Origin: Felis catus
Taxonomy: Eukaryota
Assembly: GCF_018350175.1 (NCBI RefSeq)
Contig: NC_058382.1
Span: 1,302,001-1,366,000, forward strand
DNA length: 64,000 bases
Reading direction: 5' to 3'
In this document: positions 61,848 through 64,000 of the stretch, piece after piece
Layout: every line of letters starts with the position of its first letter
Numbering within the stretch: the first letter of the stretch is position 1
Translations under genes and position numbers: made by a program
The notes under the pieces: model-generated
The model's input: the letters and a program-made list of their open reading frames with translations, nothing else
What the model was told of the DNA's origin: nothing
Databases searched by the model: none

Positions 61848-63077
61848 TTTTTATAGTTAATTTTGATAAATCCTAGGACTGAATGCTGTCTTCGAGAAAG
61901 TATAACCTTATTTATTTGCACACAGAAAATGACATTTAAAGGCCTCCTTAAGTCCAATTAATTTTTATAAAAATTTCATGAACTGTGCAACTCTTTCTTG
62001 AGCTCAAGTTTGCACAATAGTCTCTGATGAGGCCTTATCGTTCCCATTGTATCCATTCACACAGTCCCCGCTATCAGGTCAGGGTGTGTTTCTCTAAACC
62101 ACCCTGATTAAATGTTTTCTAATTACCAGTCACCACTAACTTCTGTCTTCTCTAGTCCTAAGGTAATTCTTAGACCAATTAATTCCTGAATAGTTGATGA
62201 GAATACATTGTATCTATAACTGAGCCTTAGCCCAGGGACACCTAATCCATACAGTTGATCAACGAAGTCACAGAAGATACAGCAGTTTCCTTATCTGTGA
62301 TGACCCCACCTCTCTGACTCAGGCAGATCCACCTCCCAGTGAGCTCTCGGAGACCTGTGCTTATGCCCGCCGCCCTCAGTTCCTTCCTCACCTGCATGTC
62401 TGTCCCCTGACCTTACTGGTCTGTATGCTCTATGGCAGATTTCATATTTTCTAACAGTGCGCCTGAAATTATTTTATCTTTATGGGTTTACTAACAATTT
62501 GCTCATACATACAAGCTAACTATCCTCATGTCCATCTGGAAGATGAGAAAACACATTTACAGCCTATGAACTCCAGCCATCATTCCACAGCACCACTCGA
62601 CTCAACCTTGTTTGTCCAAGTTCCAGACCCTGTTTTTAATGGAAATACTTTGCTTCCAAGTAACTGATCATCCTGTTTCTGAAGTTGAATGGATCACTTG
62701 GGGAAAGGTGTTTCTTTTGCATTTTATGGACTGATCTGTGTTTCACCTGATTTTCAGCCAAGCAATCACTTTCTGGGTCTGTAAACACTGATAGGGATAC
62801 TGATTGTGTTTATGTTTCATGCCTTGCCCCTCATGACAGAAGTCTCACTCAAGAGAAACCTGCTAGTTAAATCTAACATTCAACCTTTTTGGTTTCCCAT
62901 TTCCTTTTTTTTTTTTTTCTCTTTTCAGCTCAGTGCAGGTTATGTATAATTCATCTCCATTAAATTCTTACATTTTATTTATGTTTTTTGGTGCTATAAT
63001 TTAAGGACCACACTTATGTTTACCCCATTTTTTTCTTTACACTTTCATTGTGAAATGTAACATTACTACAGGGAATT

Positions 63078-63155
63078 ATTATACATATATTATATATATG
63101 TATATATATTAAGTATATTTAGATTATATATGTATATATATTAAATATATATATT
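63078..63155. repeat. (TA)n-rich low-complexity tract
   Basis: Directly visible. Confidence 0.8.
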
Positions 63156-63334
63156 TAGAATTTAACAAATGTTCCTAAAATAGATACTTCCATATCTGCC
63201 ACTGAGGGAAATACAAAGTATACTTGTAGTGTGCCCTGCCATGTCAAGTGCTCCATCCCAGACACGGTCTACACCTCCTCCAAGAGGAAAGCAACATCCA
63301 GATTTTTAAAGTTGGCATCTTTTGGACTTAAAGA

Positions 63335-63536
63335 AATTTTGAACGCTTATTCATTTTTGAGAGACAGAGTGCAAGCTGGGAGTGGGGCGAGGCGGGGGGG
63401 GAGACACAGAATCCGAAGCAGGCTCCAGACTCTGAGCTGTCAGCACAGCTCCCAACATGGGGCTCGAATTCTTGAACTGAGATCATGACCTGAGGCAAAA
63501 TTGGAAGCTTAACCAACTGAGCCACACAGGTGCCCC
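63335..63536 (-). mobile_element. CAN-SINE
   Basis: Antisense SINE consensus. Confidence 0.85.
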
Positions 63537-64000
63537 TTTTGGATATTCTCAATAGTTTTCCTTACTATGCATAAATTCTAAAACTATAGTTTGTTTTTGT
63601 ATACTATTGACATTTATATGAGTGAAATCATATATTATGCATTTATTTCTTTTGCCCAACCCATGTCAGTAAGATTCATTTATGCTGTTCAATGTGTCTG
63701 TATCATCCATTTTCATTGCTGTTGAGGGCACCACATTCCACTTTCCTAACGGCACACGGGAGAAAAATGAGGCAGAAACAAGTCAGCTGCAAGAGAAAGG
63801 GAGCAGGGGACGACAGTTTGGAAGGATGGTTGCCCCAAACTCCTCATTCTCGCATTTATTGGGAAAATCATATCATCAATAGACATCACAATTCATTACA
63901 CTGTTTAAAGAGTGTTCTCAGGGGGAAAACAGAGCTTGTTGAAGCATGTAGCGGGAATAATCTATGGCTGAGCAGGCACAGTCAAAACATCTGATCAGAC

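Overview
Mammalian (felid, cat-like) genomic DNA, judged by abundant carnivore tRNA-derived CAN-SINEs, including young Felis-type copies with intact target-site duplications. The window looks like part of the KRAB zinc-finger / vomeronasal receptor cluster syntenic to human 19q13.43. All genes are on the + strand, in this order: an intact V1R receptor (9727-10644); a 4-exon ZNF416 orthologue (14336-23120) whose zinc-finger exon carries a 1-nt frameshift and a nonsense codon; an intact 4-exon ZNF550 orthologue (34090-42707, 420 aa, 8 C2H2 fingers) in an unusually GC/CpG-rich segment; an orphan CpG-rich bidirectional promoter-like region (~47-48 kb); a 3'-truncated CSNK2A2 processed pseudogene (53250-53760); and a second intact V1R (58554-59483). 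The rest is SINEs, L1/L2, MaLR/ERVL LTRs, Tigger-type DNA transposons and microsatellites. N-gaps fall almost only inside L1s. I found no new system of the prokaryotic kind (no CRISPR, no true tRNA or rRNA). The most interesting unexplained structure is a non-coding module about 7.2-7.3 kb upstream of both V1R ORFs, with a degenerate third copy at ~30.1 kb that has no receptor behind it. Orthology calls rest on remembered human protein sequences, not on a database search. Repeat boundaries are approximate.
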